From Faecalibacterium prausnitzii (lineage in GTDB: Bacteria; Bacteroidota; Bacteroidia; Bacteroidales; Bacteroidaceae): 64,000 bases of DNA. The notes under the pieces are model-generated. The model was not told the origin of the DNA, ran no database searches, and saw only the letters and a program-made list of their open reading frames with translations. The translations under genes were made by a program, and so were the position numbers. Shown here in pieces: positions 28,989 through 38,337 of the stretch; position 1 is the first letter of the stretch, and each line of letters starts with the position of its first letter. The DNA lies in NCBI GenBank assembly GCA_963611255.1, contig CAVDQB010000002.1, positions 43,375 to 107,374 on the forward strand. The letters run 5' to 3'.

Positions 28989-29441
28989 ATGAAAAGACAT
29001 TTGACCGTCATCTGCGCAGCCGTCGCGCTACTCGTCACATCATGTGCCACGATACAGAAGAACGAGGGCAAAAGCGTAAAATTCAAGGAAGCAAACCACT
29101 ATTTCTTCCGTAATGACGCTACCGTACCCACCAATCCCTTAGTCACCACGCAGGAGGAGTTTGACAAACTCTATGGTATGGCAGCCGTAATGGGTAAGGA
29201 CGGGCTGCCGACAACAATTGATTTCAGCAAACAGTTCGCCATTGGCATCGTCCTGCCTGTAACCAATGATGACACTGAAATCACCCCGGAAAAACTTCTG
29301 TCAAACGGAGACACACTGACACTCCACTACTCCACGAAAGTCAATGCACACAACATGAGTTGGCAGATGCGCCCGATGAGCCTCATCATTGTGGACAAAA
29401 AATATCTCAAGCCACACTGCCGGCTGCAGCAGAGCAAATAA
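28989..29441 (+). CDS. Hypothetical lipoprotein
   Basis: Lipobox LLVTSC, 150 aa. Followed by a strong terminator. Confidence 0.55.
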   Translation: MKRHLTVICAAVALLVTSCATIQKNEGKSVKFKEANHYFFRNDATVPTNPLVTTQEEFDKLYGMAAVMGKDGLPTTIDFSKQFAIGIVLPVTNDDTEITPEKLLSNGDTLTLHYSTKVNAHNMSWQMRPMSLIIVDKKYLKPHCRLQQSK

Positions 29442-29454
29442 CAACCGAAGCCAG

Positions 29455-29489
29455 TCCCCTTCTCCGACAAATGGAGAAGGGGATTTTTG
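29455..29489 (+). terminator. Rho-independent terminator after the sigma/anti-sigma/lipoprotein operon
   Basis: TCCCCTTCTCC-gacaaat-GGAGAAGGGGA followed by TTTTTG. Confidence 0.8.
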
Positions 29490-29599
29490 TTTGCGAAAAA
29501 TTGACAATCCCATGCGCCAGATATACCACCTGACAGCATAAACATACACAAACAGGCAAAATATTGCACATTTTTCTTGGCGGTGAGCAGAGTAATGGT

Positions 29600-29607
29600 T
29601 AACTTTG
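29600..29607 (+). promoter_or_regulatory. -7 box TAACTTTG for the acyl-CoA synthetase gene
   Basis: TAnnTTTG match, fused to the left arm of the operator. Confidence 0.6.
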
Positions 29608-29633
29608 CACACCCATTTAGTTATTGTGCAAAC
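29604..29633. promoter_or_regulatory. Palindromic operator candidate overlapping the acyl-CoA synthetase promoter
   Basis: TTGCACA-CCCATTTAgttat-TGTGCAA starts inside the -7 box TAACTTTG. An extra half-site ATTGCACAT lies at 29563-29571. Confidence 0.6.
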
Positions 29634-29673
29634 AGGAAAACAGAACAAACAAAGACACATTACGACCGAAACG

Positions 29674-31332
29674 ATGAATATACCGAGTTTCAACGAGATA
29701 ATAGAAGAGAGCATCAAAAAGAATTGGGATCTTGACGCACTCACCGATTTCCACGGACAGACACTACAGTATCACGACGTAGCAAGGAAGATTGAAAAAC
29801 TCCATATCCTCTTTGAGAACTGCGGAGTGCAGAAAGGTGACAAGATAGCACTGTGCGGAAGGAACTCCGCAAACTGGGGAGCGGCGTTCCTCGCAACGCT
29901 GACCTACGGTGCGGTGGCAGTGCCTATACTCAACGAGTTTCTGCCTGAGCAGATTCACAACATCGTGAACCACAGTGAGGCAAAACTGCTCTTCGTAGGC
30001 GACGTGGTGGCAACGCAGATTGACGCGACACAGATGAGTGCCCTCGAAGGCATCATCAACATACCCGATTACTCCCTTGCCGTGAGCCGGACAGACAAAC
30101 TCACCTATGCAAGAGAGCACCTCAATGAAATCTTCGGCAAGAAATATCCCAAGTATTTCCGCAAGGAACACGTTCACTACTACCGTGAATCGTCGCCCGA
30201 CGAAATGGCAATCCTCAACTACACCAGCGGCACTACCGGCTTCTCCAAGGCGGTAATGATTCCCTACAGAGCCATTTGGGGCAACTACGACTTCGCCAAA
30301 ACCGTGTTCGGAGACCATATCAAGACTGGCGACAAGTCCGTCAGCATCCTGCCGATGGCACATATGTACGGCATGGCTTTTGAGTTTCTGTTCGAATTTG
30401 GCTCTGGTGTCCATGTCTATTTCCTCACCCGCACGCCTTCACCCGCTATCATTGCGCAAGCCTTTGCCGAAATACGCCCACGCGTAATCATCGCCGTTCC
30501 GCTTGTCATAGAGAAAGTCATAAAGAAGAAAGTCTTCCCAAAAGTGCAGGGCTCTCTCGTCAAAATGCTCCGTTCTACACCTATTCTTAAAGACAAGATC
30601 AACGCAAAGATATGCGATCAGGTGTACCAGGCATTTGGAGGAAACTTCTATGAAGTCATCGTGGGCGGTGCTGCGTTCAACCAGGACGTGGACTCTTTCC
30701 TCCACGAAATAGGTTTCCCCTACACCGTGGGCTACGGTGCCACGGAGTGTGCGCCTATCATCGGCTACGAAGACTGGCACGACTTCAAGCCCGGTTCGTG
30801 CGGTAAGGCGGCGAAACACCAGGAAGTCATCATCGACAGTCCCGACCCACTGAACATCCCGGGAGAGATTCTCACACGCGGAATCAACGTGATGCTCGGC
30901 TACTACAAGGACAAGGAGAGTACCGACAAGGTGCTTGACAAGGAGGGTTGGTACCACACCGGCGACCTCGGACTTATCGACCGCGAAGGCAATATCTTCA
31001 TCAAGGGACGTTCAAAGAACATGCTTCTCGGCGCCAACGGACAGAACATATACCCCGAAGAGATAGAGGACAAACTCAACTCCATGCCTTACGTCATAGA
31101 AAGTGTCGTGGTCCAGAGAGGCGAAAAACTCGTCGGACTGGTCTATCCAGACCGTGACGAGGCTAAGAATGCAGGCATGAGCCTCAATGAACTGGAGAAA
31201 CTCATGGAGGAAAACCGTGCTCAACTCAACCAGATTATACCCGCCTACAGCAAGGTAAGTGCAATTGAACTCGTTGAAGAGGAGTTTGAAAAGACCCCGA
31301 AAAAGAGTATCAAGCGTTATCTTTACAAATGA
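29674..31332 (+). CDS. AMP-dependent long-chain acyl-CoA synthetase (FadD-like)
   Basis: AMP-binding motifs YTSGTTGFSKAVM, GYGATE and TGDLG. The start is set at the first ATG after the -7 box; the track start at 29605 is a TTG inside the promoter. Confidence 0.85.
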   Translation: MNIPSFNEIIEESIKKNWDLDALTDFHGQTLQYHDVARKIEKLHILFENCGVQKGDKIALCGRNSANWGAAFLATLTYGAVAVPILNEFLPEQIHNIVNHSEAKLLFVGDVVATQIDATQMSALEGIINIPDYSLAVSRTDKLTYAREHLNEIFGKKYPKYFRKEHVHYYRESSPDEMAILNYTSGTTGFSKAVMIPYRAIWGNYDFAKTVFGDHIKTGDKSVSILPMAHMYGMAFEFLFEFGSGVHVYFLTRTPSPAIIAQAFAEIRPRVIIAVPLVIEKVIKKKVFPKVQGSLVKMLRSTPILKDKINAKICDQVYQAFGGNFYEVIVGGAAFNQDVDSFLHEIGFPYTVGYGATECAPIIGYEDWHDFKPGSCGKAAKHQEVIIDSPDPLNIPGEILTRGINVMLGYYKDKESTDKVLDKEGWYHTGDLGLIDREGNIFIKGRSKNMLLGANGQNIYPEEIEDKLNSMPYVIESVVVQRGEKLVGLVYPDRDEAKNAGMSLNELEKLMEENRAQLNQIIPAYSKVSAIELVEEEFEKTPKKSIKRYLYK

Positions 31333-31428
31333 TAACAACTTGACAAGCAGCCTGTCACAGGACAAAACAAGTTGACCGGCGCACTAAAACACAGCATTCT
31401 GAAACAACTGACAGACTGAATTGTCCCC

Positions 31429-31467
31429 TTTTACGGCTTCATGCCACATAAGCATGAAGCCGTAAAA
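31429..31467 (+). terminator. Perfect 16-bp hairpin after the acyl-CoA synthetase gene
   Basis: TTTTACGGCTTCATGC-cacataa-GCATGAAGCCGTAAAA. There is no classical T-tract (flanked by C4/G8 runs). Confidence 0.5.
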
Positions 31468-31507
31468 AATACAGGGGGGGGTAATTCGTTTTTATTAAAA
31501 AATGTTT

Positions 31508-31537
31508 TTTGCATTTACAAAAAAGTTCGTACATTTG
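31508..31537 (+). promoter_or_regulatory. -33 TTTG / -7 TACATTTG promoter for the EPS priming transferase gene
   Basis: TTTG at 31508-31511, an 18-nt spacer, then TACATTTG at 31530-31537. Confidence 0.55.
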
Positions 31538-31586
31538 CAATTGTGAACAAAAATACACATCTTTATACCCTGCACAACACACATTT

Positions 31587-33008
31587 ATGCGGCAATACTC
31601 CAGGACAAGTACCCTGATACACAATATGGTGACCGTTGGAGATTTCATCATTCTCAACGTCCTGTATTATATTTATATTCACCTTGATTGCATCGCAGGT
31701 AATCTTGTCGGAGGCATCAGTTCTCTCAAACTGATGATACTCGCCAATCTTGCGATGGTTGTGGCTCAGTATTTTTTTTCCAATGTGGTGCATAGCCGCC
31801 ACGCCAACGCCGCACAGATATTGCGGCAGGTGTCGTTACTCACGTTCCTGCAATGGGCTGCAATGTGGCTCTTGACCGAAATCACCATGAACTCCGAGGG
31901 ACTTTACGCCCCGGACATACGCCTTTCGTTGTTCTTCTTCCCCATTCTTCTGGTCAGCCTGTTGTTGGCACGTTTCGTCGAACGCCGTATCATAAAAGCC
32001 TACCGCAGCAAAGGGCACAACCAAAGACACGCCGTCTTCGTCGGGGCAAGTCCGGCAACGGTGTCCATATACAAGTATCTCACCGGTGACCCGACATTCG
32101 GTTACAATGTCAACGGCTACTTTTCTGACACCCAGATAGACGATTGTCCCGAAGGATTGCAGTACCGCGGCAGTCTGGAAGCACTCGACAAGATACTGGA
32201 AAAACATCTCCCTTACGGTACGGCAGACGAAGTCTACTGTTGCCTGCCACTCGATGACAGCGACTATATAACCAAGTTGATGCGCTATTGCAGCAACAAT
32301 GCGATACACTTCTACTATGTTCCGACCTATCCACTCATGTCAGACCATACTCTGAAACTGGAACGTGTGGGCAGCACAATAGCGTTTACCATCTACAACG
32401 AGCCGCTTCAGAAGATATCAAACCGCATCATCAAGCGCACGTTTGATGTCATTGTGTCGTCCATAATCCTCGTCTGCCTGTTGCCGTTCCTGCCCTTCAT
32501 AGCCTTGGCAATCAAGTGCAGCAGCCGCGGACCGGTGTTCTTCCGCCAGTCACGGACAGGCATTAACGGCAGGGAATTCAACTGTTACAAATTCCGCTCC
32601 ATGGCTGTCAACGACGATGCCGACAGCAAACAGGCTACAAAGGATGACCCCCGAAAGTTTGCTTTCGGCAATTTCATGCGCAAGACAAACATTGATGAGT
32701 TGCCTCAATTCTTCAACGTGCTCATCGGGGACATGAGCATTGTCGGCCCGAGACCGCACATGCTGCGCCACACAGAGATATACCGCGACCGCATAGACGC
32801 CTATATGGTGCGCCATTTCATAAAGCCCGGCATCACGGGTTGGGCGCAAGTCACCGGCTATCGCGGCGAAACCCCTGAACTGTGGCAAATGGAAGGGCGC
32901 GTGCAACGCGACATCTGGTATATGGAACACTGGAATCTGTGGCTTGACTTGGTTATCATCTGGAAGACAGCCATGATGTGCATAAAGCCCGACAAACACG
33001 CTTATTGA
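31587..33008 (+). CDS. Polyprenyl-phosphate glycosylphosphotransferase (WcaJ/WbaP-like EPS priming enzyme)
   Basis: N-terminal TM block plus C-terminal bacterial sugar-transferase domain (KRTFDVIVS..., DELPQFFNVLIGDMSIVGPRP). Start uncertain (31587 or 31626). Confidence 0.85.
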   Translation: MRQYSRTSTLIHNMVTVGDFIILNVLYYIYIHLDCIAGNLVGGISSLKLMILANLAMVVAQYFFSNVVHSRHANAAQILRQVSLLTFLQWAAMWLLTEITMNSEGLYAPDIRLSLFFFPILLVSLLLARFVERRIIKAYRSKGHNQRHAVFVGASPATVSIYKYLTGDPTFGYNVNGYFSDTQIDDCPEGLQYRGSLEALDKILEKHLPYGTADEVYCCLPLDDSDYITKLMRYCSNNAIHFYYVPTYPLMSDHTLKLERVGSTIAFTIYNEPLQKISNRIIKRTFDVIVSSIILVCLLPFLPFIALAIKCSSRGPVFFRQSRTGINGREFNCYKFRSMAVNDDADSKQATKDDPRKFAFGNFMRKTNIDELPQFFNVLIGDMSIVGPRPHMLRHTEIYRDRIDAYMVRHFIKPGITGWAQVTGYRGETPELWQMEGRVQRDIWYMEHWNLWLDLVIIWKTAMMCIKPDKHAY

Positions 33009-33035
33009 CGTGTTGCCGGGCTTTATGGCATACCG

Positions 33036-33072
33036 AAAGCGGAGTTCAAGAAAACTCCGCTTTTTCTTTTTT
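33036..33072 (+). terminator. Rho-independent terminator between the convergent EPS transferase and gltA genes
   Basis: AAAGCGGAGTT-caagaa-AACTCCGCTTT followed by TTCTTTTTT. Confidence 0.8.
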
Positions 33073-33074
33073 CC

Positions 33075-34421
33075 CTACCGTTTGTCTATCGGAACATACT
33101 CTTTCTGCTCCGGCAGCGCCTTGTAGGCAGGGCGTATGATTCGCCGTCCCTCACAAGTAATCTCCTCTATGCGGTGCGCCATCCAACCGACAATGCGCGC
33201 CATTGCGAAGATAGGAGTGTATATCTCATGGGGGATGCCTATGAGTTCATAGATGAAACCGCTGTAGAAGTCAAGATTCGCACACATAGGCTTGGTAGTG
33301 TTGAGGTGCTTTTTCACGCATTTTATACCCTCTTCCTCAAGCAGGCACAGGAAATCATACTCCTTCTTCTTGCCTTTCTCCGCTGCCAGATCGCCCGCCA
33401 GTTTCTTCAACTGCACCGCTCTCGGGTCGCTCACCGTGTAGATGGCGTGCCCGATACCGTAGATCAGCCCCGACTTGTCATACGCTTCCTTATTGAGCAT
33501 ACGCATCAGATAGGTGTCAATCTCATCCTTGTTTGTCCAGTCAGAGATTGCAGTCTTCAGGTGATGGTACATATTTACCACCTGGATATTGGCTCCTCCG
33601 TGGAGCGGTCCCTTTAGAGAACCGATGCCGGCGGCTATGCTTGAGTAGGTGTCAGTACGTGTCGAGGAGGTCACGCGGACTGTAAACGTAGAGTTGTTAC
33701 CTCCGCCGTGCTCCGCCTGGATAATCAACAGGAGATCAAGGGTACGCGCGTCGAGTTGCGTAAAGTTGTCGCCCTTCATCATGTAGAGGAAGTTCTCCGC
33801 CAGCGTAAGTTTCTCTTTCGGGTGGCGGATATTGAGCGAACGGCCGTGCACACTGTGCCTGTAGATGTTGTACGCATAGGCTATGACCGTCGGGAACTTC
33901 GCTATCAGGTTTATGGCCTGGCGCACGAGGTTGTCGCGCGAGATGTCGTCGGGATTCTTGTCGAACGTGTACATCTCAAGGACGCACCGTGCAAGGATAT
34001 TCATAATGTTCGTTCCCTCCAGTTCGACGATATGCACGATAGTGCTGTGGTCAAGAGGCATGTTGTCGTAGAGCAGTTCCTTGAACGCCGACAGTTCCTC
34101 TCTGTCGGGCAGACGCCCCGATAACAGCAGGTAAGCCACCTCCTCAAAACCGAAGCGTTTCTCCGTCAGGACAGGCTCAACGAGGTCGGCCAGTTCGTAG
34201 CCACGGTAGTAGAGTTGTCCGTGACAGGGTATTACCGTGTTGTCAGCGTCGCGTTTATAACCCACCACATTACCTATATTGGTCAGTCCGACAAGTACTC
34301 CCGTTCCGTCCTCGTTGCGCAGTCCGCGCTTCACACCGTACTTCTGGAACGCCTCGCGCGGTATCTTGCACGACGTCTTCACCTCGTCACTCAGTTTGTA
34401 AATCAGATAGTCCTTGTTCAT
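33075..34421 (-). CDS. gltA: Citrate synthase
   Basis: 448 aa. Motifs GPLHGGAN and [15 protein letters not shown]. Last gene of the acn-icd-gltA operon. Confidence 0.95.
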   Translation of the reverse strand: MNKDYLIYKLSDEVKTSCKIPREAFQKYGVKRGLRNEDGTGVLVGLTNIGNVVGYKRDADNTVIPCHGQLYYRGYELADLVEPVLTEKRFGFEEVAYLLLSGRLPDREELSAFKELLYDNMPLDHSTIVHIVELEGTNIMNILARCVLEMYTFDKNPDDISRDNLVRQAINLIAKFPTVIAYAYNIYRHSVHGRSLNIRHPKEKLTLAENFLYMMKGDNFTQLDARTLDLLLIIQAEHGGGNNSTFTVRVTSSTRTDTYSSIAAGIGSLKGPLHGGANIQVVNMYHHLKTAISDWTNKDEIDTYLMRMLNKEAYDKSGLIYGIGHAIYTVSDPRAVQLKKLAGDLAAEKGKKKEYDFLCLLEEEGIKCVKKHLNTTKPMCANLDFYSGFIYELIGIPHEIYTPIFAMARIVGWMAHRIEEITCEGRRIIRPAYKALPEQKEYVPIDKR

Positions 34422-35596
34422 AACGCATCAATAAGTTGTGTGGCAAATTCTTTCGTGCCGACCGGCTTGCCGTTTTCCATGAAACGTGCGAGGTCGTTGG
34501 TGGCTGTCCCTTGGCGGAACAATTTCTCCAAAGCCGCCGTTATCAGTTCTCCGGCCTGCCCCCATCCCATGTAGTCCAGCATCATAACGGCAGACAGGAT
34601 GATGCTTGATGGATTGACGATATTCTGCCCCGCTATGTCGGGAGCGATGCCGTGGGTGGCCTCAAAGATTGCGTGCCCGGTGCTGTAGTTGATGTTTGCC
34701 CCAGGTGCAATGCCTATTCCTCCCACTTGGGCGGCAAGCATGTCCGACACATAGTCGCCGTTGAGGTTCATCGTCGCTATGACACTGTAGTCCTGAGGCT
34801 TCAGTAACGCATTCTGCAAAAAGGCATCGCAGATGCAGTCCTTTATCGTCAGGCGACCCGACTTCAGTTCTTCCGCATACTCGCGTTCAGCCAGTTCGTA
34901 GCCCCATTTCTTGAAACCGCCCTCCGTAAACTTCATTATGTTGCCCTTGTGGACGAGCGTTACCGAAGGAAGACCGTGCGCCAGAGCATACTCAATGGCG
35001 GAACGGATGAGGCGTTCAGAACCTTCCTTGCTCACAGGTTTCACGCCGAAACCCGACGTTTCGGGAAATCTCACCTTGCTGACGTGCATCTCGTCGTGCA
35101 GGAAACGGTAGAATTTCTTAGCCTCGTCAGACCCTGCCTCCCACTCTATTCCGGCATATATGTCTTCTGTATTCTCCCGGAAGATGCACATGTCTACCAG
35201 TTCCGGGTGCTTCACCGGGCTTTCTATGCCGGAGTAATAGCGCACCGGGCGTTGGCAAACATAGAGGTCAAGCGTCTGACGCAATGCCACGTTGAGGCTA
35301 CGGATGCCCCCTCCGACAGGTGTCATCAGCGGACCCTTGATGCCGACAAGGTACTCCTGAAACGCATCAATGGTGGCTTGCGGCAGCCATTCACCCGTCT
35401 TTTCAAAGGCTTTGCCCCCTGCCAGCACTTCCATCCATTCTATCTTCCTGCCGTCAGAATAGGCTTTCTCCACGGCAGCATCCACCACTTGGCGCATCAC
35501 TGAGGTTATCTCCGCTCCCACGCCGTCGCCTTCGATGAAGGGAATAGTGGGATTTGAGGGAACTTCCAACCTGTTGTCTTTCTTCGTTATCTTCAT
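34418..35596 (-). CDS. icd: NADP-dependent isocitrate dehydrogenase
   Basis: Motifs [12 protein letters not shown] and NLNGDYVSD. 4-nt overlap with gltA. Confidence 0.95.
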   Translation of the reverse strand: MKITKKDNRLEVPSNPTIPFIEGDGVGAEITSVMRQVVDAAVEKAYSDGRKIEWMEVLAGGKAFEKTGEWLPQATIDAFQEYLVGIKGPLMTPVGGGIRSLNVALRQTLDLYVCQRPVRYYSGIESPVKHPELVDMCIFRENTEDIYAGIEWEAGSDEAKKFYRFLHDEMHVSKVRFPETSGFGVKPVSKEGSERLIRSAIEYALAHGLPSVTLVHKGNIMKFTEGGFKKWGYELAEREYAEELKSGRLTIKDCICDAFLQNALLKPQDYSVIATMNLNGDYVSDMLAAQVGGIGIAPGANINYSTGHAIFEATHGIAPDIAGQNIVNPSSIILSAVMMLDYMGWGQAGELITAALEKLFRQGTATNDLARFMENGKPVGTKEFATQLIDAL

Positions 35597-35627
35597 GTCT
35601 CTCTTTACAATAGTCCTTTTGTGTATG

Positions 35628-37910
35628 TCATTTGCCTTTGTCGGCAGAGTAGTTCAGTGCGCTTCCTGCCTTGAACCAGTTTATCTGTGCATCGTTGTAG
35701 GTGTGCTCAGCGAGGAAACTTTCCGTTGTTCCGTCGGTATGCTTCAGCGTTACTGTAAACTGCGATGACGGTGCAAATGCTGCGAAACCGGTTATGCTGA
35801 TGCGGTCATCCTCGCGCACCTTGTCATAGTCAGCCTTGTCGGCAAAGGTCAGAGCAAGCATTCCCTGCTTCTTGAGGTTCGTTTCGTGTATGCGTGCGAA
35901 ACTCTTTGCCAGTATCACACGCACGTTTAGGAAGCGCGGTTCCATGGCGGCATGCTCACGCGACGACCCTTCGCCGTAGTTGTCTTCTGCCACCACGATG
36001 CTCGGTATGCCGTGTTGTTTGTAGTCTTTCGCCACTGCCGACACGGCGGAATATTCTCCTGTCAACTGGTTCTTCACCTTGTTGCTCTCGCCGTTGAACG
36101 CATTTACCGCTCCCATGAGAAGGTTGTCGGAGATGTTCTGCAGGTGTCCACGGAACTTCAACCACGGTCCCGCCATCGATATATGGTCTGTCGTGCACTT
36201 GCCAGAAGTCTTTATCAGCAGCGGCATATCCACGAGTTCGCTGCCGTCCCAAGGCTTGAACGGCTCCAGTTTCTGGAGTCTGCTGGAGTCAGGACGGATA
36301 ATAACCTCCACATCTCCCGGGGTCTCGTCGGGTGCAACAAAACCTCTGTCCTCCACGGCAAACCCCTTCGGCGGGAACACATCACCCGACGGCTCGTCGA
36401 GCATCACCTCTGCGCCGTCCTTTGCGGTCAATTTGTCAGTCGCCGGATTGAAGTCGAGTCGGCCTGATACAGCAAGTGCCACCGTAATCTCGGGACTTGC
36501 TATGAAAGCGAAAGTATTGGGATTGCCGTCTGCACGACGGCGGAAATTGCGGTTAAACGATGTCACTATGGCGTTCTTGCGTGTGTTGTCGTCGGTGTGA
36601 CGCTTCCATTGTCCGATGCAGGGACCGCACGCATTGGTCATGACTATAGCCCCCAGTCGTCTGAAGTCGTCCATTATACCGTCGCGCTCGGCGGTGTAGC
36701 GTATCTGTTCCGAACCCGGATTGATTATCAGACTACCATTTGGCACAACGCCTTTCTCCACTGCCTGGCGCGCCACAGAGGCGGCCTTCGCCAGGTCTTC
36801 GTAACTTGAGTTGGTGCAACTGCCCACAAGTCCTACTTCCACTGCCGTCGGAAAGTCTTCGGCAACAGCCTTTTCCTTCATCTCGGCGAGCGGTGTCGCT
36901 GCATCGGGAGTGAACGGACCGTTGAGATGAGGCTTCACTTCCGAGAGGTCTATGTCTATGATGCGGTCGTAGTATTTTTCCGGATTGGCGTACACGTCGG
37001 CGTCTGCCTTGAGGTGGACGGCGTTCTTGTTAGCCATGTCTGCCACCTCTTGGCGTCCTGTGTGCACGAGGTACGCCTCCGAGTTGCCGTCATAGGGAAA
37101 TATGGAACAGGTCGCCCCGAGTTCCGCACCCATATTGCATATCGTCGCCCTGCCTGTGGCGGAGATTGTGGCTACGCCCTCTCCGAAATATTCGAGTATG
37201 GCGTTGGTGCCGCCTTTCACGGTCAGTATGCCGAGTATTTTGAGTATCACGTCCTTCGGAGACGCCCAACCGCTCAACCTCCCAGTAAGCCTTACTCCGA
37301 TGAGTCGCGGCATCTTAAGTTCCCAAGGCTGGGCTGTGAGCACATCGACGGCATCGGCGCCCCCCACTCCAACGGCCACCATGCCAAGTCCACCGGCATT
37401 AGGCGTGTGTGAATCCGTACCTATCATCATGCCACCTGGGAAGGCATAGTTCTCCAGAACCACCTGATGGATTATTCCTGCGCCTGCGCCCCAAAAACCG
37501 ATATGATATTTTTGCGACACCGAACGCAGGAAATCGTACACCTCCTTGTTGGTCTCGCGTGCGGCAGGGAGGTCTGTTTCCGCTCCCATATCGGCACAGA
37601 TGAGGTGGTCGCAGTGCACGCTTGCCGGTACGGCGACACGGCTCTTGCCGGCGTTCATGAACTGCAACAGTGCCATTTGTGCCGTCGCGTCCTGCATGGC
37701 CACACGGTCCGGACGGAAGTCCACATAGTCTTCACCACGCACAAACGACCGCATCCGGCTCGCATCAAACAGGTGTGCATAGAGCACTTTCTCCGCATAT
37801 GTAAGTTCACGACAGAGCACACGTTTTGCCCTTTCTACCTTTTCGGAATATGAAAGGTAGAATTCACGCAGCATATCCGCATCAAGCATATTCATAGAAA
37901 ATATATTCAA
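35628..37910 (-). CDS. Aconitate hydratase (about 750-aa mitochondrial-type)
   Basis: Fe-S ligand regions ([25 protein letters not shown]) and a swivel domain. Confidence 0.95.
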   Translation of the reverse strand: MNIFSMNMLDADMLREFYLSYSEKVERAKRVLCRELTYAEKVLYAHLFDASRMRSFVRGEDYVDFRPDRVAMQDATAQMALLQFMNAGKSRVAVPASVHCDHLICADMGAETDLPAARETNKEVYDFLRSVSQKYHIGFWGAGAGIIHQVVLENYAFPGGMMIGTDSHTPNAGGLGMVAVGVGGADAVDVLTAQPWELKMPRLIGVRLTGRLSGWASPKDVILKILGILTVKGGTNAILEYFGEGVATISATGRATICNMGAELGATCSIFPYDGNSEAYLVHTGRQEVADMANKNAVHLKADADVYANPEKYYDRIIDIDLSEVKPHLNGPFTPDAATPLAEMKEKAVAEDFPTAVEVGLVGSCTNSSYEDLAKAASVARQAVEKGVVPNGSLIINPGSEQIRYTAERDGIMDDFRRLGAIVMTNACGPCIGQWKRHTDDNTRKNAIVTSFNRNFRRRADGNPNTFAFIASPEITVALAVSGRLDFNPATDKLTAKDGAEVMLDEPSGDVFPPKGFAVEDRGFVAPDETPGDVEVIIRPDSSRLQKLEPFKPWDGSELVDMPLLIKTSGKCTTDHISMAGPWLKFRGHLQNISDNLLMGAVNAFNGESNKVKNQLTGEYSAVSAVAKDYKQHGIPSIVVAEDNYGEGSSREHAAMEPRFLNVRVILAKSFARIHETNLKKQGMLALTFADKADYDKVREDDRISITGFAAFAPSSQFTVTLKHTDGTTESFLAEHTYNDAQINWFKAGSALNYSADKGK

Positions 37911-37940
37911 ATAAATTACACATTGTTACCTTGCACTTTG

Positions 37941-37971
37941 CAAAGTTAACAATTTGACACGAAAACACAAA
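37941..37971 (-). promoter_or_regulatory. -33 TTTG / -7 TAACTTTG promoter for acn-icd-gltA
   Basis: On the minus strand TTTG (37968-37971) is separated by 19 nt from TAACTTTG (37941-37948). 31 nt upstream of the start at 37910. Confidence 0.65.
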
Positions 37972-38039
37972 GTTCTTTGTCGCAATAAGTACATTTTGGG
38001 GCTACAAAAGCGGTGTTCCCGGACAAAGTGAACAGTGGT

Positions 38040-38098
38040 CTGAAAAACGGAAAACCACCCTCAACGAATGGCGTGTGAACCATTGTCAAAGGTGGTTT
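38040..38098 (-). terminator. Hairpin plus T-tract after tRNA-Ser
   Basis: AAACCACC...GGTGGTTT with an inner AATGG/CCATT pairing. The minus strand continues TCCGTTTTT. Confidence 0.5.
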
Positions 38099-38123
38099 AA
38101 TGAAAAAAAATTTTTGTAGATCG

Positions 38124-38210
38124 CGGAAGATGAGGGATTCAAACCCCCGATACGGTTACCCGTATACCGGATTTCGAGTCCAGCGCATTCGGTCACTCTG
38201 CCAATCTTCC
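38124..38210 (-). tRNA. tRNA-Ser (anticodon CGA), type II with long variable arm
   Basis: Acceptor GGAAGAT/ATCTTCC, anticodon loop CTCGAAA, variable arm ATACGG-GTAA-CCGTAT, T-arm GGGGG-TTTGAAT-CCCTC. Confidence 0.85.
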
Positions 38211-38220
38211 TTCGCTTTTG

Positions 38221-38251
38221 CAAAATTACCTCTATTTTTCCATTCTTCAAA
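38221..38251 (-). promoter_or_regulatory. -33 TTTG / -7 TAATTTTG promoter for tRNA-Ser
   Basis: On the minus strand TTTG (38248-38251) is separated by 19 nt from TAATTTTG (38221-38228). The tRNA 5' end is at 38210. Confidence 0.65.
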
Positions 38252-38337
38252 ATAATTTGTCCGAAAAAACCGTACCTGTTCATTTTCTCCGCACCGGCTG
38301 CCGGCTGCACATGTGATATGCGCCTTGACGCAATGCA

